Below the pieces are notes generated by a model. That model was not told where the DNA came from. It saw only the letters and a program-made list of their open reading frames with translations, and ran no database searches. Positions 1-9,163 of a stretch of DNA of 64,000 bases are shown here, one piece after another. The stretch comes from an uncultured Pseudomonadota bacterium (lineage in GTDB: Bacteria; Oederibacteriota; Muellerivitia; Muellerivitales; Muellerivitaceae), in contig CAVYRH010000004.1 in assembly GCA_963770835.1 (NCBI GenBank), positions 288,001 through 352,000 on the forward strand. The letters run 5' to 3'. The translations under genes and the position numbers were made by a program. How positions within the stretch are numbered: the first letter of the stretch is position 1; each line of letters opens with the position of its first letter.

Positions 1-1
1 C

Positions 2-61
2 CACCAGACCGGCTGGACCGCCCTGGTGGCAAAGCTGTTAGAAAGTTATTCGAATCCGTAA
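2..61 (+). CDS. C-terminal end of an MGH1-like/GH63-type glucosidase (partial, runs in from the left edge)
   Basis: Frame from nt 2 reads HQTGWTALVAKLLESYSNP*, matching the conserved (GAS)HQTGWT-LVA C-terminus of this family. Confidence 0.65.
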   Translation, partial: HQTGWTALVAKLLESYSNP

Positions 62-945
62 AAGGAGTAGGGGACTCCTTTCGAATCCCTCACCGTGCTG
101 TTGACATAAACCCTCCCCAAGGCACTGTCGTACAGCCATCCCGAGCCGCTTTCAGTGGGCACTTGGCCTTTTTGCGCCAGAGCGACCGTGTCTCCGACGG
201 GGCTTTTCCCGTTGGCCACAAAGGCACCGGTGGCCTTGACCGGTGGAATGGCGGCCAGGTATTTGGGAACCAGGTCCTTTTCCAAGTCCGCCGGCCATTG
301 TCCTTGATGGTCCCCGTAATAGATGGCCATGGCCGCTTCGATGGACCCCAGATTCCCCTTGGTCGCCCCCTCCTTTGATTTTTCCAACATCTGGGCGAAA
401 CGTGGGATGGCGATGGCGGCCACCACGCCTAAAAAGAAAACGCCGACAAAAGGAATCAAACAGAGAACCAGGATCAAGGCCACTTGGTTGGAAGGGCCGA
501 CCTGGACCACCTGGGATCCGCAAACCATGTCATGCAGGGCCCGCTTGTCCTTTTGAAAGGCCGGGAAAAGGAAACCCAGGCCCAAGGGGATCGCGGAGAT
601 AAAGTAGCAAATCCACCGCAGGAAGGAGCGCAAGACGGAAACAGGCATGCCATCGGTTTGAACTACTTTTAAATTGAAGAGCATCTTACCCAGGGTTTGG
701 CCCTTGAAGGCCGTCATGAGAGTGTAATAAAGGCAGGGAATCCCCAGGAAACTGCCGAGAAAGATGGAAACCGCCATGATCCGGCCCGCCCCTTCCGACA
801 TGTGCTTGGCGATTTGGGGGATCGCAATGGCCGCCACGATGCCCACTACCGGCAGACATCCATAAAACAGAAGGGAGTCGATCGCCAGGGCCGCCGCCCT
901 CACCCAAAATCCGGCCGGGGTTTCCACGACTTGGTCTTTTTTCAT
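46..945 (-). CDS. RDD-family membrane protein fused to a C-terminal type II secretion/type IV pilin-like (GspG-like) domain
   Basis: RDD motifs AGFWVRAAALAID, GQTLGK, RALHD; then GVVAAIAIPRF...KGNLGSIEAAMAIYYGDHQGQWPADL; AGGAGG RBS. Confidence 0.8.
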   Translation of the reverse strand: MKKDQVVETPAGFWVRAAALAIDSLLFYGCLPVVGIVAAIAIPQIAKHMSEGAGRIMAVSIFLGSFLGIPCLYYTLMTAFKGQTLGKMLFNLKVVQTDGMPVSVLRSFLRWICYFISAIPLGLGFLFPAFQKDKRALHDMVCGSQVVQVGPSNQVALILVLCLIPFVGVFFLGVVAAIAIPRFAQMLEKSKEGATKGNLGSIEAAMAIYYGDHQGQWPADLEKDLVPKYLAAIPPVKATGAFVANGKSPVGDTVALAQKGQVPTESGSGWLYDSALGRVYVNSTVRDSKGVPYSFYGFE

Positions 946-1040
946 ACAGTTCCTCCTTCATAGTTTGGGCTAGTGTAACCGAAGCTTTTAGGGCCACGTA
1001 GTTTAATTGGGTGTCCAATCCTTCATGCTGATAGAATCGG

Positions 1041-1745
1041 ATGAATTTGAAACGAATTAAAAGGAAGTTTGTGAAATCAAAGGCTCCCAAAACCAACGAC
1101 TGGTGGAAGCCGGTTGTCCTCCTAACCGTCATCCTGGTCCTTTTAATCGCGGCCAATTTGTTCCACCTGGGCAACCAATTGGATGCCTTGCAGGTTTGGA
1201 TCAAGTCCCTCGGCCCCTGGGGGCCCGCGGTCTATGTGCTCATCTATATCGCGGCGGTGGTGGCGGCCCTGCCCGCGACGCTTTTCACTTTCCTGGCCGG
1301 CGTGCTTTTCGGGACGGTGACCGGGGTGATTGTGGTCAACATCGGGGCCACCATCGGCGCCTGCCTGGCTTTTTTGGTGGGCCGTTATTTCGCCCGGGGC
1401 GCGGTGGAGAAGATAGTGGGGAAACACAAGAATTTCCGGAAACTGGACGAATGGACCGCCTCGAAAGGCGTCTGGATCGTCATCATCACGCGGCTGGTCC
1501 CCTTGCTCCCCTTCAACCTGCTCAATTACGCCTTCGGCCTGACCCGCATCCGATTCTGGCCCTATGCCTTCTGGACCTGGCTTTGCATGATCCCCGCCAC
1601 TATTGTTTACGTTGGCGGGGCTGACGCTGTGCACCAGGGATTGGCCAAGGGGCAGGTGCCTTGGACTTTGGTGGGGATCATCGTGGGGTTAGTGGTCCTG
1701 CTGGCGGTGCTGGGGCCGGGGCTTAAGAGAAAAGTAAAGTTATGA
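1041..1745 (+). CDS. TVP38/TMEM64 (DedA/SNARE-associated) membrane protein; true start may be GTG 1071
   Basis: Motifs GVLFG, RLVPLLPFNLLNYAFGLT; several TM segments. Confidence 0.9.
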   Translation: MNLKRIKRKFVKSKAPKTNDWWKPVVLLTVILVLLIAANLFHLGNQLDALQVWIKSLGPWGPAVYVLIYIAAVVAALPATLFTFLAGVLFGTVTGVIVVNIGATIGACLAFLVGRYFARGAVEKIVGKHKNFRKLDEWTASKGVWIVIITRLVPLLPFNLLNYAFGLTRIRFWPYAFWTWLCMIPATIVYVGGADAVHQGLAKGQVPWTLVGIIVGLVVLLAVLGPGLKRKVKL

Positions 1746-1782
1746 GTTTTAAGTTTTTAATTTTAAATTTTGGAAGTTTTCG
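1743..1782. repeat. Left arm of a period-7 palindromic element (TGAGTTT TAAGTTT TTAATTT TAAATTT...GAAGTTTTCG), separated from its right arm by IS30
   Basis: Imperfect reverse complement of 2846-2892. Confidence 0.7.
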
Positions 1783-1787
1783 CAAAA

Positions 1788-2842
1788 CCCGAGTTCCATA
1801 AGTAAGTGCAACACTTAGTGCCTGAAGAAGGCCGCCTCCATAGGATAGGCGGCCATGAAAAAGAACTACAAGCATTTAAGCGTTGAAGAAAGAGATCATT
1901 TAGCCGTTTTAAAGGGGAAAGGTCATGGGGTCCGGGATATCGCCCGGATCCTCAAGCGGTCCCCCTCCTCCATCTCCCGTGAACTTAAGCGCAACGCCCC
2001 ACCTATCCGCACAGGCTATTACTTAGCCCACCGTGCCCACCAACGATATGTCCTTCGCAACCAGCAACGAGCCCGTCGTCTACGCCTCAAAACAAAACGC
2101 ATTCGTGCCTACGTCTGCCGTCAATTGAAACGAGGATGGTCTCCTGAGCTCATTTCTGGCCGCTGGAGCCACCTACATCCCAAGCAAACCATCGGCCCCG
2201 AGGCCATCTACCAGTGGATTTATACTGAGGCCACTTATCTGATTACTTGCCTGGTCCGACACCACCGGCGGCGACTTTCATTCGGCCACAGCCGCAAGCA
2301 CGCCAAAAACCATATCCCAGGCCGCGTTTCAATCGATCAACGCCCCAAGGTCGTCAACCATCGCAAGCAATTCGGCCATTGGGAAACCGACACGATGGTC
2401 TCTCGTCAAAGCAAGGTCGCAATGCGGGCTCTCGTCGAACGCCAAAGCCGATTTTCCAAATTGGGAAAACTAAAACGAAAGACCGCTTCCCAAATGAGTC
2501 ACAGTCTCAATCGCACTTTATGCCGCTTCCCTCAAGAAGTCCGTCGAAGCCTGACCTATGACAACGGAACGGAAAATACCAACCACCTGGAGACCAACCG
2601 TGTTCTTGGTACAAAGTCCTTCTTTTGCGCACCTTTCCACAGTTGGGAAAAAGGCACTGTAGAAAATACCATCGGTCTTGTCCGTCGCCATTTGCCCAAA
2701 AAGACCGACCTTGCTAAAGTATCTCTCGAGGAGATTAAGGCCATTGAAAGATGGCTCAACAACAGGCCCAGGAAGTGTTTGGGCTTTCAAACTCCGGCGG
2801 AAGTCTTCCGGCGAAGTGTTGCACTTACTCCGTGAATTCGGC
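1788..2842 (+). mobile_element. IS30-family insertion sequence, about 1055 bp
   Basis: IRL 1789-1816 CCGAGTTCCATAAGTAAGTGCAACACTT versus reverse complement of IRR 2814-2841 CCGAATTCACGGAGTAAGTGCAACACTT (23/28 identical, inner 16 perfect); flanks CAAAA|...|AAA fit a 2-3 bp A duplication. Confidence 0.92.
1855..2835 (+). CDS. IS30-family DDE transposase
   Basis: N-terminal HTH (IARILKRSPSSISRELKRN), WSPELIS, GHWETDT, TYDNGTE, WEKGTVENTIGLVR, LNNRPRKCLGFQTP. Confidence 0.96.
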   Translation: MKKNYKHLSVEERDHLAVLKGKGHGVRDIARILKRSPSSISRELKRNAPPIRTGYYLAHRAHQRYVLRNQQRARRLRLKTKRIRAYVCRQLKRGWSPELISGRWSHLHPKQTIGPEAIYQWIYTEATYLITCLVRHHRRRLSFGHSRKHAKNHIPGRVSIDQRPKVVNHRKQFGHWETDTMVSRQSKVAMRALVERQSRFSKLGKLKRKTASQMSHSLNRTLCRFPQEVRRSLTYDNGTENTNHLETNRVLGTKSFFCAPFHSWEKGTVENTIGLVRRHLPKKTDLAKVSLEEIKAIERWLNNRPRKCLGFQTPAEVFRRSVALTP

Positions 2843-2845
2843 AAA

Positions 2846-2892
2846 CGAAAACTTTCTTTTACTCAAAACTAAGAACTCAACACTTAAAACTT
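2846..2892. repeat. Right arm of the period-7 palindromic element (CGAAAACTT...ACTCAAA ACTAAGA ACTCAAC ACTTAAA)
   Basis: Four heptamers complementary to 1743-1782. Confidence 0.7.
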
Positions 2893-2905
2893 GGAGGAAT
2901 AAAGA

Positions 2906-4420
2906 GTGCTTTTTGACGTTTTGCCCCCGGATGAATACAACCAAAAGCTCCTCTCCCAGGTCCATCCGGCCGATTGGGTGAACCCGACGCCTTCGGGCCG
3001 CTACAACCTGGTGGTCCTCGGTGCCGGCACCGCCGGGCTTGTCTGCGCGGCCGGGGCCGCCGGCCTGGGGGCGAAGGTCGCTCTGATCGAGCGGCACCTG
3101 ATGGGCGGGGACTGCCTGAACGTGGGCTGCGTGCCTTCCAAGGCCCTTATCGCCTCCTCCCGGCTGATGGGGGAGTTTCTCAAGGCCGAATCCCTGGGGT
3201 GGAAAGTCACCGCCAAACCCGAGCCCGACTTCCCCAAGGTCATGGAGCGACTGCGGCGCATCCGCGCGGGGCTCAGCCCGAGTGATTCGGCCCAGCGGTT
3301 CAAGGAACTGGGGGTGGATGTCTTTATCGGGGAAGGCCGGTTCCTGGACTCCGAGACCATCGAAGTGGACGGAAAAAAGCTCAAGTTCAAGAAAGCCGTC
3401 ATTGCCACGGGCGCCAGGGCGGTTAAACCCAATATTGATGGGTTGGAAGAAGCAGGCTATCTGACCAATGAAACGGTCTTCAACCTCACGGTTTTGCCCA
3501 AAAAACTGGCGGTGATCGGAGGGGGGCCCATCGGATGTGAACTAGCCCAAGCTTTACGGCGGTTCGGAAGCGAAGTGACGATCCTGGACCACGGGCCCCG
3601 GTTCCTTCACCGGGAAGACCCGGACGCGGCGGTAATACTGAGGAAGGTCTTCGAAAGGGAGGGCATCAAGATCGTTTTGAACGTGGAGATTGAAAGGGTT
3701 GGTAAGACCACCAACGGAAAAGTCATCCATTACAAGACCAACGGCGCCCCCGGCTATGTGGCCGCCGATGAAATCCTGGCCGGGGTGGGGCGGGCCCCCA
3801 ACGTGGAGGGGCTCAACTTGGACTTGGTCGGCGTGCGGTACGACGAGTGGAAGGGTGTGGAGGTAGACGACCATCTTCGCACCTCCAATCCCCGTATCTT
3901 CGCGGGGGGCGATATCTGCTCGGAGTACAAATTCACCCACGCCGCCGACGCCATGGCACGGATCGTCCTGCGAAACGCCTTGTTTAAAGGAAGGGCCGCC
4001 CTCAGCGGACTCGTCGTTCCCCGGTGCACTTACACCGACCCAGAAATCGCCGGGGTGGGGTTGCATGGCCAGACGGCCTTGGAGATGAACATTCCCGCGG
4101 ATACCTATACCCAGTCCTTCGATCATGTTGACCGCGCCGTCGCCGAAGGGGAAGAGGAAGGTTTTGTCCGTATTCACCTGAAAAAAGGAACCGATCAAAT
4201 TGTAGCGGCCACCATCGTGGCTTCCCACGCGGGCGAAATGATCAGCGAGATCACCACCGCCATGGTTGGGAAAGTCGGGTTGGGAAAAATGGCCCAGGTC
4301 ATCCACCCTTATCCAACGCAGGCGGAGGCCATCAAGAAAATCGCGGACGCCTATAACCGGACCCGCCTCACCCCGCGCGTAAAAAAATTATTTCAGCGAT
4401 GGATGGAGTGGACGCGATAA
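2906..4420 (+). CDS. Class I pyridine nucleotide-disulfide oxidoreductase (mercuric reductase-like/dihydrolipoamide dehydrogenase family)
   Basis: GAGTAG FAD motif, GGDCLNVGCVPSK redox disulfide, GGGPIG NAD(P) motif, HPYPTQAE; no C-terminal Cys-Cys. Confidence 0.9.
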   Translation: MLFDVLPPDEYNQKLLSQVHPADWVNPTPSGRYNLVVLGAGTAGLVCAAGAAGLGAKVALIERHLMGGDCLNVGCVPSKALIASSRLMGEFLKAESLGWKVTAKPEPDFPKVMERLRRIRAGLSPSDSAQRFKELGVDVFIGEGRFLDSETIEVDGKKLKFKKAVIATGARAVKPNIDGLEEAGYLTNETVFNLTVLPKKLAVIGGGPIGCELAQALRRFGSEVTILDHGPRFLHREDPDAAVILRKVFEREGIKIVLNVEIERVGKTTNGKVIHYKTNGAPGYVAADEILAGVGRAPNVEGLNLDLVGVRYDEWKGVEVDDHLRTSNPRIFAGGDICSEYKFTHAADAMARIVLRNALFKGRAALSGLVVPRCTYTDPEIAGVGLHGQTALEMNIPADTYTQSFDHVDRAVAEGEEEGFVRIHLKKGTDQIVAATIVASHAGEMISEITTAMVGKVGLGKMAQVIHPYPTQAEAIKKIADAYNRTRLTPRVKKLFQRWMEWTR

Positions 4421-4422
4421 CG

Positions 4423-4499
4423 GCAGTTATCAGGTTTCATCTGCAAGTTATTAGTGAAAGGTGAAAACAACTGACACCTAATTGCTGACACCTGACGCC
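4423..4499. repeat. Period-7 imperfect palindrome (CAGTTAT CAGGTTT ... AACTGAC ACCTAAT TGCTGAC ACCTGAC)
   Basis: Starts 2-3 nt after the stop codon at 4420; the two arms are roughly complementary. Confidence 0.65.
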
Positions 4500-4528
4500 C
4501 GCCGTTCTATAATGCGCCGTTCCAAAAA

Positions 4529-5167
4529 ATGAAAACCACCAACCTTTTCTTGAAATTCTCCTTCGCTTTGTCCTTCGGCCTGTTCGCGGCCGGTTCTTCC
4601 TGGTCCCAGGAAGATATCGCCTTCCATGCCTTGCGGGTCAAAGGCGAAGTTACGGCCTACCACAACGAAAACGACGAGACCGCCCGCCTTTACACCAATC
4701 AAACGGTGGATGACGGCGACAAGGTGACCACAGCGGGGGACAGCGAGGCGGTCCTTCGGATCAAGGACAAGACTTATCTTTACCTGGCCCCCCACACGAA
4801 GATCCACATCACGCGGCTGCGCCAAGGGGACAAGGGCCTCGAATGCCAGATCAACCTGGTGACCGGACGGATGCTCTGCCAGATGGACCAGGCTCCACCG
4901 GGGGCTTTTGAAGTGTCGGCGGGCAGCGTCCTTTTCCGCGAACACGGCACCCTTTTCGAGGTTTCGCGCCGGGAGGATGAGCTGACGGTCGTTTCCTTCG
5001 AGGGGGCGGTGGTGGCCAGTTTCCACGGAAAGACCAAGATGGCGAAGGACAACGAGGTCTTAAAACTGGACCACGGCAAATTCCGGAACAAGACCCACCA
5101 CCTGCAAAGGGACGAGCAGGATGACGTAAACGCCTGGCAGGCCCTTTTGGCCCAAATTTCCAAGTAA
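4529..5167 (+). CDS. Secreted FecR-domain protein
   Basis: Signal peptide; VKGEV, GDKVTTAGDSEAVL, HGTLFEV, VVSFEGAV pattern of FecR domains. Confidence 0.75.
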   Translation: MKTTNLFLKFSFALSFGLFAAGSSWSQEDIAFHALRVKGEVTAYHNENDETARLYTNQTVDDGDKVTTAGDSEAVLRIKDKTYLYLAPHTKIHITRLRQGDKGLECQINLVTGRMLCQMDQAPPGAFEVSAGSVLFREHGTLFEVSRREDELTVVSFEGAVVASFHGKTKMAKDNEVLKLDHGKFRNKTHHLQRDEQDDVNAWQALLAQISK

Positions 5168-5296
5168 AACCTGAGCCCTACTCCCGATCGCACGATTTAA
5201 CACCGCTATCAGCCGAAATCGCCTATACTTCCTTCATCCAAAAAATGACAAGTAACCCCTGAACAGGTGTTGCGGGTCTTTCGCAAGGGGTTTTTC

Positions 5297-6358
5297 ATGG
5301 CTTTTCTAAATCGGGTCCTTGACCCTCCATCTTACGGGTATCTCCGCGACGAGAAACTTTACGTTCCTACTTCCGCCGAAATTTTCCGCGAGTTTTTCAC
5401 AAGGCTGAACCTACTCAAATCCCGCAAGAATTGGCTCCCCTTTTTCGGTTGGGCCATCATTTTGTGTTTGGCCCCCTTTTTCTTCCTCTTCCTTTTCCGC
5501 TATTTCACCTGGCCCCTTTTCATCATTGGTTTTATTTACAGCATGGTCATCCTGGGAACCCATGGAACTATTTACCTCCACCGCTACTCCACCCACCACG
5601 CCTTCACTGTCCGCAACCGCTTCTGGCTTTTTATCCTCCGCAACTTGGTCGTTAAGCTTATCCCAGAGGAGACTTACGTTGTGTCGCACCATGTGCACCA
5701 CTATATTTCGGAAAAGCCGGGCGACCCCTACAACGTCCACGGGGGCTGGCTTTACTGCTTCCTGGCTGACGTGACCCACCAGTCCATCGCCAAGGATTTC
5801 TCAAGGGAAGATTACACCAAGACGGCGGCCTTGGTTGGCCATACGGGCATAGGCTTGAACAGCTATGAAAAGTACCAAAAATGGGGTTCCATCGCCCACC
5901 CGGCGAGGACCCTCCTGCAATTCCTCGGCAATTGGATATTCTGGTTCGGGGCCTTTTACCTGATGGGCGGCATGCCACTAGCGGTGACAATTTTCGGATG
6001 GTCGGCTGTTTGGGCCGTGGGGGTCCGGACCTTCAATTACGACGGCCATGGGGGCGGCAAGGACAAGCGCAAGGAAGGCATCGATTTCAACCGCAGCGAC
6101 CTTTCCATCAACCAGGCTTGGCCTGGCCTGGTAACCGGGGAATGGCATAACAACCACCATCTCTATCCCAACGGCATCCGGGCCGGGTTCCTGCCCTACC
6201 AATGGGATTACGCCTGGCTTTTTATTTGTTTCTACCGCTGGATCGGGGCTATCGACTCCACCCGGGATTATAAAAACCAGTTCATGGCCAATTACTACGA
6301 GCCTTATTTACACCAAAAAGGACTTGCCAAGGCCGTTGAAAGCCCCACCCGCTCCTAG
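5297..6358 (+). CDS. Membrane fatty acid desaturase
   Basis: Three His boxes HRYSTH, HHVHH, HNNHH with TM segments. Confidence 0.9.
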   Translation: MAFLNRVLDPPSYGYLRDEKLYVPTSAEIFREFFTRLNLLKSRKNWLPFFGWAIILCLAPFFFLFLFRYFTWPLFIIGFIYSMVILGTHGTIYLHRYSTHHAFTVRNRFWLFILRNLVVKLIPEETYVVSHHVHHYISEKPGDPYNVHGGWLYCFLADVTHQSIAKDFSREDYTKTAALVGHTGIGLNSYEKYQKWGSIAHPARTLLQFLGNWIFWFGAFYLMGGMPLAVTIFGWSAVWAVGVRTFNYDGHGGGKDKRKEGIDFNRSDLSINQAWPGLVTGEWHNNHHLYPNGIRAGFLPYQWDYAWLFICFYRWIGAIDSTRDYKNQFMANYYEPYLHQKGLAKAVESPTRS

Positions 6359-6379
6359 TTTCAGGCCATTCAATCCTTC

Positions 6380-6408
6380 TTGACTCTCCCTTTAAATCAT
6401 CCGACAAT
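6380..6408 (+). promoter_or_regulatory. Putative sigma70 promoter for the ABC-F gene
   Basis: TTGACT-17 nt-GACAAT. Confidence 0.5.
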
Positions 6409-6419
6409 TGCGCCCCTAA

Positions 6420-6454
6420 CGGCAGTCGCCCGTCCTCCGTCGGCGGTCGGCAGC
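6420..6454 (+). repeat. Period-7 array in the ABC-F 5' region
   Basis: CGGCAGT CGCCCGT CCTCCGT CGGCGGT CGGCAGC. Confidence 0.55.
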
Positions 6455-6481
6455 CCAACCTAAACTACTAAGGCAGCAAAG

Positions 6482-8152
6482 ATGATTTCGGCGAAAGAAG
6501 TCACCCTCAAGTTCGGCAAAAAAGTCCTTTTCGACAAGGTGACGGTTAAATTCAACCCCGGCTACTGCTATGGCCTCATCGGGGCCAACGGCGCGGGCAA
6601 ATCCACCTTTATGAAAATCCTGGCCGGCCAGATCAAGCCCGACGACGGCGAGATCGCGGTGGACCGCGGCGTCAAAGTGGCCATGCTCAAGCAAGACCAA
6701 TACGCCTTCGACGAGTACAGTGTCCTGGACACGGTCCTCATGGGCCGGGAAGACCTCTGGAAGATCCAGCAGGAAAAAGACGCCCTTTACGCCAAGCCCC
6801 ACATGACCCATGACGAGGGCATCCGGGTGGCCGAATTGGAGTCCCAGTTCGGGGATATGGACGGCTACGCCATGACTGCCGGGGCCGGGGAACTGCTGGA
6901 AGGCCTGGGGGTGGAGACCGGTAAGCACGACTGGAAAATGAAACAGCTGACGGGGGGCTGGAAAGTCCGGGTGCTTTTGGCCCAGGTGCTTTACGCCAAG
7001 CCCGATGTGCTGCTTTTGGACGAACCCACCAACAACCTGGATATCCGCACCATCGACTGGCTGGAAGACTACCTGAACGGCTACGACGGCACCATCATCG
7101 TCATCTCCCATGACCGGCACTTCCTGAACCACATCTGCACCCATATCGCCGACGTGGACCGGGAGAAGGTGACGGTTTACAGCGGCAATTACGATTTCTT
7201 CACCCAGGCTTCCAAGCAGGCCCTGGACAGCAAGATGACGGAAAACTCACGCAAGGAAAAACAAATCGCCGAGTTGAAGGCCTTCGTGGCCCGGTTCTCG
7301 GCCAACGCCAGCAAGAGCGCCCAGGCCACCAGCCGGGCCCGGCTACTGGAAAAAATCGAGCTGGAAACCATCATTCCCTCCACCCGGCAGTACCCCCGGC
7401 TTTTTTTCAAGGAAAAGCAGCCGGCGGGCAAAGACATCCTAAACGTGAAAAGCATCAGCAAGGCCTATGGCGACCTGAAGGTCTTGAAGAAGGTCAGTTT
7501 CATCGTGGGCAACGGCGACAAGGTCGCCATCATCGGGCCCAACGGCGTGGGAAAAACCACTCTCATTAAATGTTTGGTAGGGTCTTATCATGCCGAAGGT
7601 TCCACCCTGGCCCAATGGGGCGTGAAGGTGGACGAGGGACAAGCGGTTTGGGGAAGCACGGTGAAGCTTTCCTCCATGCCCCAGGACGTGAAAGAGGAAT
7701 TGACCCGTGACATGACGGCCTTGGAGTGGCTCCGCCAGTTCGACACTCTGGCCGAGGGCCAGGTGATCCGCGGCATGTTGGGAAGGATGCTTTTTTCCGG
7801 CGAGGAACAGGACAAGAACGTGAAGGTGCTTTCCGGGGGCGAGTGCCAGCGCATGGTGCTGTCGCGGCTTATGCTGGAGGGGGGCAACGTGCTGATCCTG
7901 GACGAACCCACCAACCACATGGACCTGGAATCCATCGAATCCCTCAGCACGGCGCTTTCCGAATACACCGGGACGGTTGTTTTTTCCTCCCACGACCAGG
8001 ACTTGATCGGCAAGGTGGCCACCCGCATCCTGGAACTGAAAATGGACGGAACCTACACCGACTTCAAGGGAAGCTATGCCGAGTACGAGGAATGGACAGC
8101 GGCGGAAGCCAAGCGCGCCAAGGAAGCGGCCAAGAGCGGATCCAAGAAATAA
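6482..8152 (+). CDS. ABC-F family ATPase (YbiT-like)
   Basis: Two NBDs (GANGAGKST, GPNGVGKTT, LLDEPTNNLD, ILDEPTNHMD) and no TM domain. Confidence 0.92.
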   Translation: MISAKEVTLKFGKKVLFDKVTVKFNPGYCYGLIGANGAGKSTFMKILAGQIKPDDGEIAVDRGVKVAMLKQDQYAFDEYSVLDTVLMGREDLWKIQQEKDALYAKPHMTHDEGIRVAELESQFGDMDGYAMTAGAGELLEGLGVETGKHDWKMKQLTGGWKVRVLLAQVLYAKPDVLLLDEPTNNLDIRTIDWLEDYLNGYDGTIIVISHDRHFLNHICTHIADVDREKVTVYSGNYDFFTQASKQALDSKMTENSRKEKQIAELKAFVARFSANASKSAQATSRARLLEKIELETIIPSTRQYPRLFFKEKQPAGKDILNVKSISKAYGDLKVLKKVSFIVGNGDKVAIIGPNGVGKTTLIKCLVGSYHAEGSTLAQWGVKVDEGQAVWGSTVKLSSMPQDVKEELTRDMTALEWLRQFDTLAEGQVIRGMLGRMLFSGEEQDKNVKVLSGGECQRMVLSRLMLEGGNVLILDEPTNHMDLESIESLSTALSEYTGTVVFSSHDQDLIGKVATRILELKMDGTYTDFKGSYAEYEEWTAAEAKRAKEAAKSGSKK

Positions 8153-8193
8153 AAAGTGGGACCACCGCTGTTTCTCCGGGACACTCCCTAAAC

Positions 8194-8652
8194 CTATGAT
8201 TGCTTCTTGATGCGGGATTTGCGGGCCATTTGGGCGCGGATTTCCTCGGCGATCCAGGGGTTGGCCATCAGGATCCCCTTAAAATCCGCCTTGTGCAGGA
8301 AGAACAGCTCACAAGCGGTTTCGGCCTTGACGGTGGCCGATCGCGGCGCGTCGCTGATGAGGGCGGTTTCCCCGAAATAATCGAGGGGTTGGAGTTCGGT
8401 CGCCTTTTTTTCCACAAAGCCTTTGCGGACCCAGAAGGAAAGGCGGCCCTTGGACACAATGAAAAAGGTATCGCCCGGGTCCCCCTGTTTAAAGACGGTG
8501 AAGCCGGCGGGGACCGTCAGCTTTTTCATGGCCGACATGAGCTTTTCCAGCTCCGGCATCTTCAGCCGGTCCAGGAAAAAGGTCCCCTGCAGGCAATCCC
8601 TCAAGCGACGGATATCCTCCAAGGCTTTCTTTGTCGCATCCTCCGCAGACAT
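8194..8652 (-). CDS. Stand-alone cyclic nucleotide-binding domain protein
   Basis: FKQGDPGDTFFIVSKG, YFGETAL, PRSATV; GGAGG RBS before MSAED. Confidence 0.85.
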   Translation of the reverse strand: MSAEDATKKALEDIRRLRDCLQGTFFLDRLKMPELEKLMSAMKKLTVPAGFTVFKQGDPGDTFFIVSKGRLSFWVRKGFVEKKATELQPLDYFGETALISDAPRSATVKAETACELFFLHKADFKGILMANPWIAEEIRAQMARKSRIKKQS

Positions 8653-8770
8653 GGTTCCTCCCTGTAAAGTTATTGAGCAAGAAATATACCAGCACGGGCA
8701 GAAGCAATCGAGTGGGATGTTTTTAAGGGCAAAATCCGTATAATAGCAGCACTTTGAATTGGGAGGATTT

Positions 8771-9085
8771 ATGGCGGAGAACGATTGGCAGTCAAGGTTG
8801 AAAACCGGGCGCAACGACGAGTGCCCTTGCGGTTCGGGAAAGAAATACAAAAAGTGCCACCTGCAGGCCGACGAAAAGGCCCAAAGCGCGGCTTTGACAA
8901 AAGTCAACGATGAGGCAGCCAAGAAGGCCAAGGCCGAAGAACACGACCATGACCACGATCACCATGGCCATTACCACCCCCACGAACACGGGCACAAGCA
9001 CGACTACGGAAGCCATATCCCCAAACCGGGCTCCCCGGTGGTGCACCAGGTCAGCGCGCCCCGCAAGGCCGGCGGGGGATCTTAA
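8771..9085 (+). CDS. SEC-C zinc-binding motif protein with His-rich tail
   Basis: [18 protein letters not shown] followed by [29 protein letters not shown]. Confidence 0.85.
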   Translation: MAENDWQSRLKTGRNDECPCGSGKKYKKCHLQADEKAQSAALTKVNDEAAKKAKAEEHDHDHDHHGHYHPHEHGHKHDYGSHIPKPGSPVVHQVSAPRKAGGGS

Positions 9086-9089
9086 GACC

Positions 9090-9120
9090 AATTAGGAATT
9101 TAAATTCCTAATTCCTAACT
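9090..9120. repeat. Perfect 24-bp palindrome AATTAGGAATTTAAATTCCTAATT plus an extra heptamer
   Basis: 9090-9113 equals its own reverse complement; ATTCCTA repeats with period 7. Confidence 0.8.
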
Positions 9121-9163
9121 GTGTGAAAGCGGCGAAAAACTCCAATTATCCAAGGAGCTTCAA

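Noticed and set aside
2906..4420. merA mercury-resistance call
   Set aside because: No C-terminal Cys-Cys, no NmerA domain and no mer operon genes
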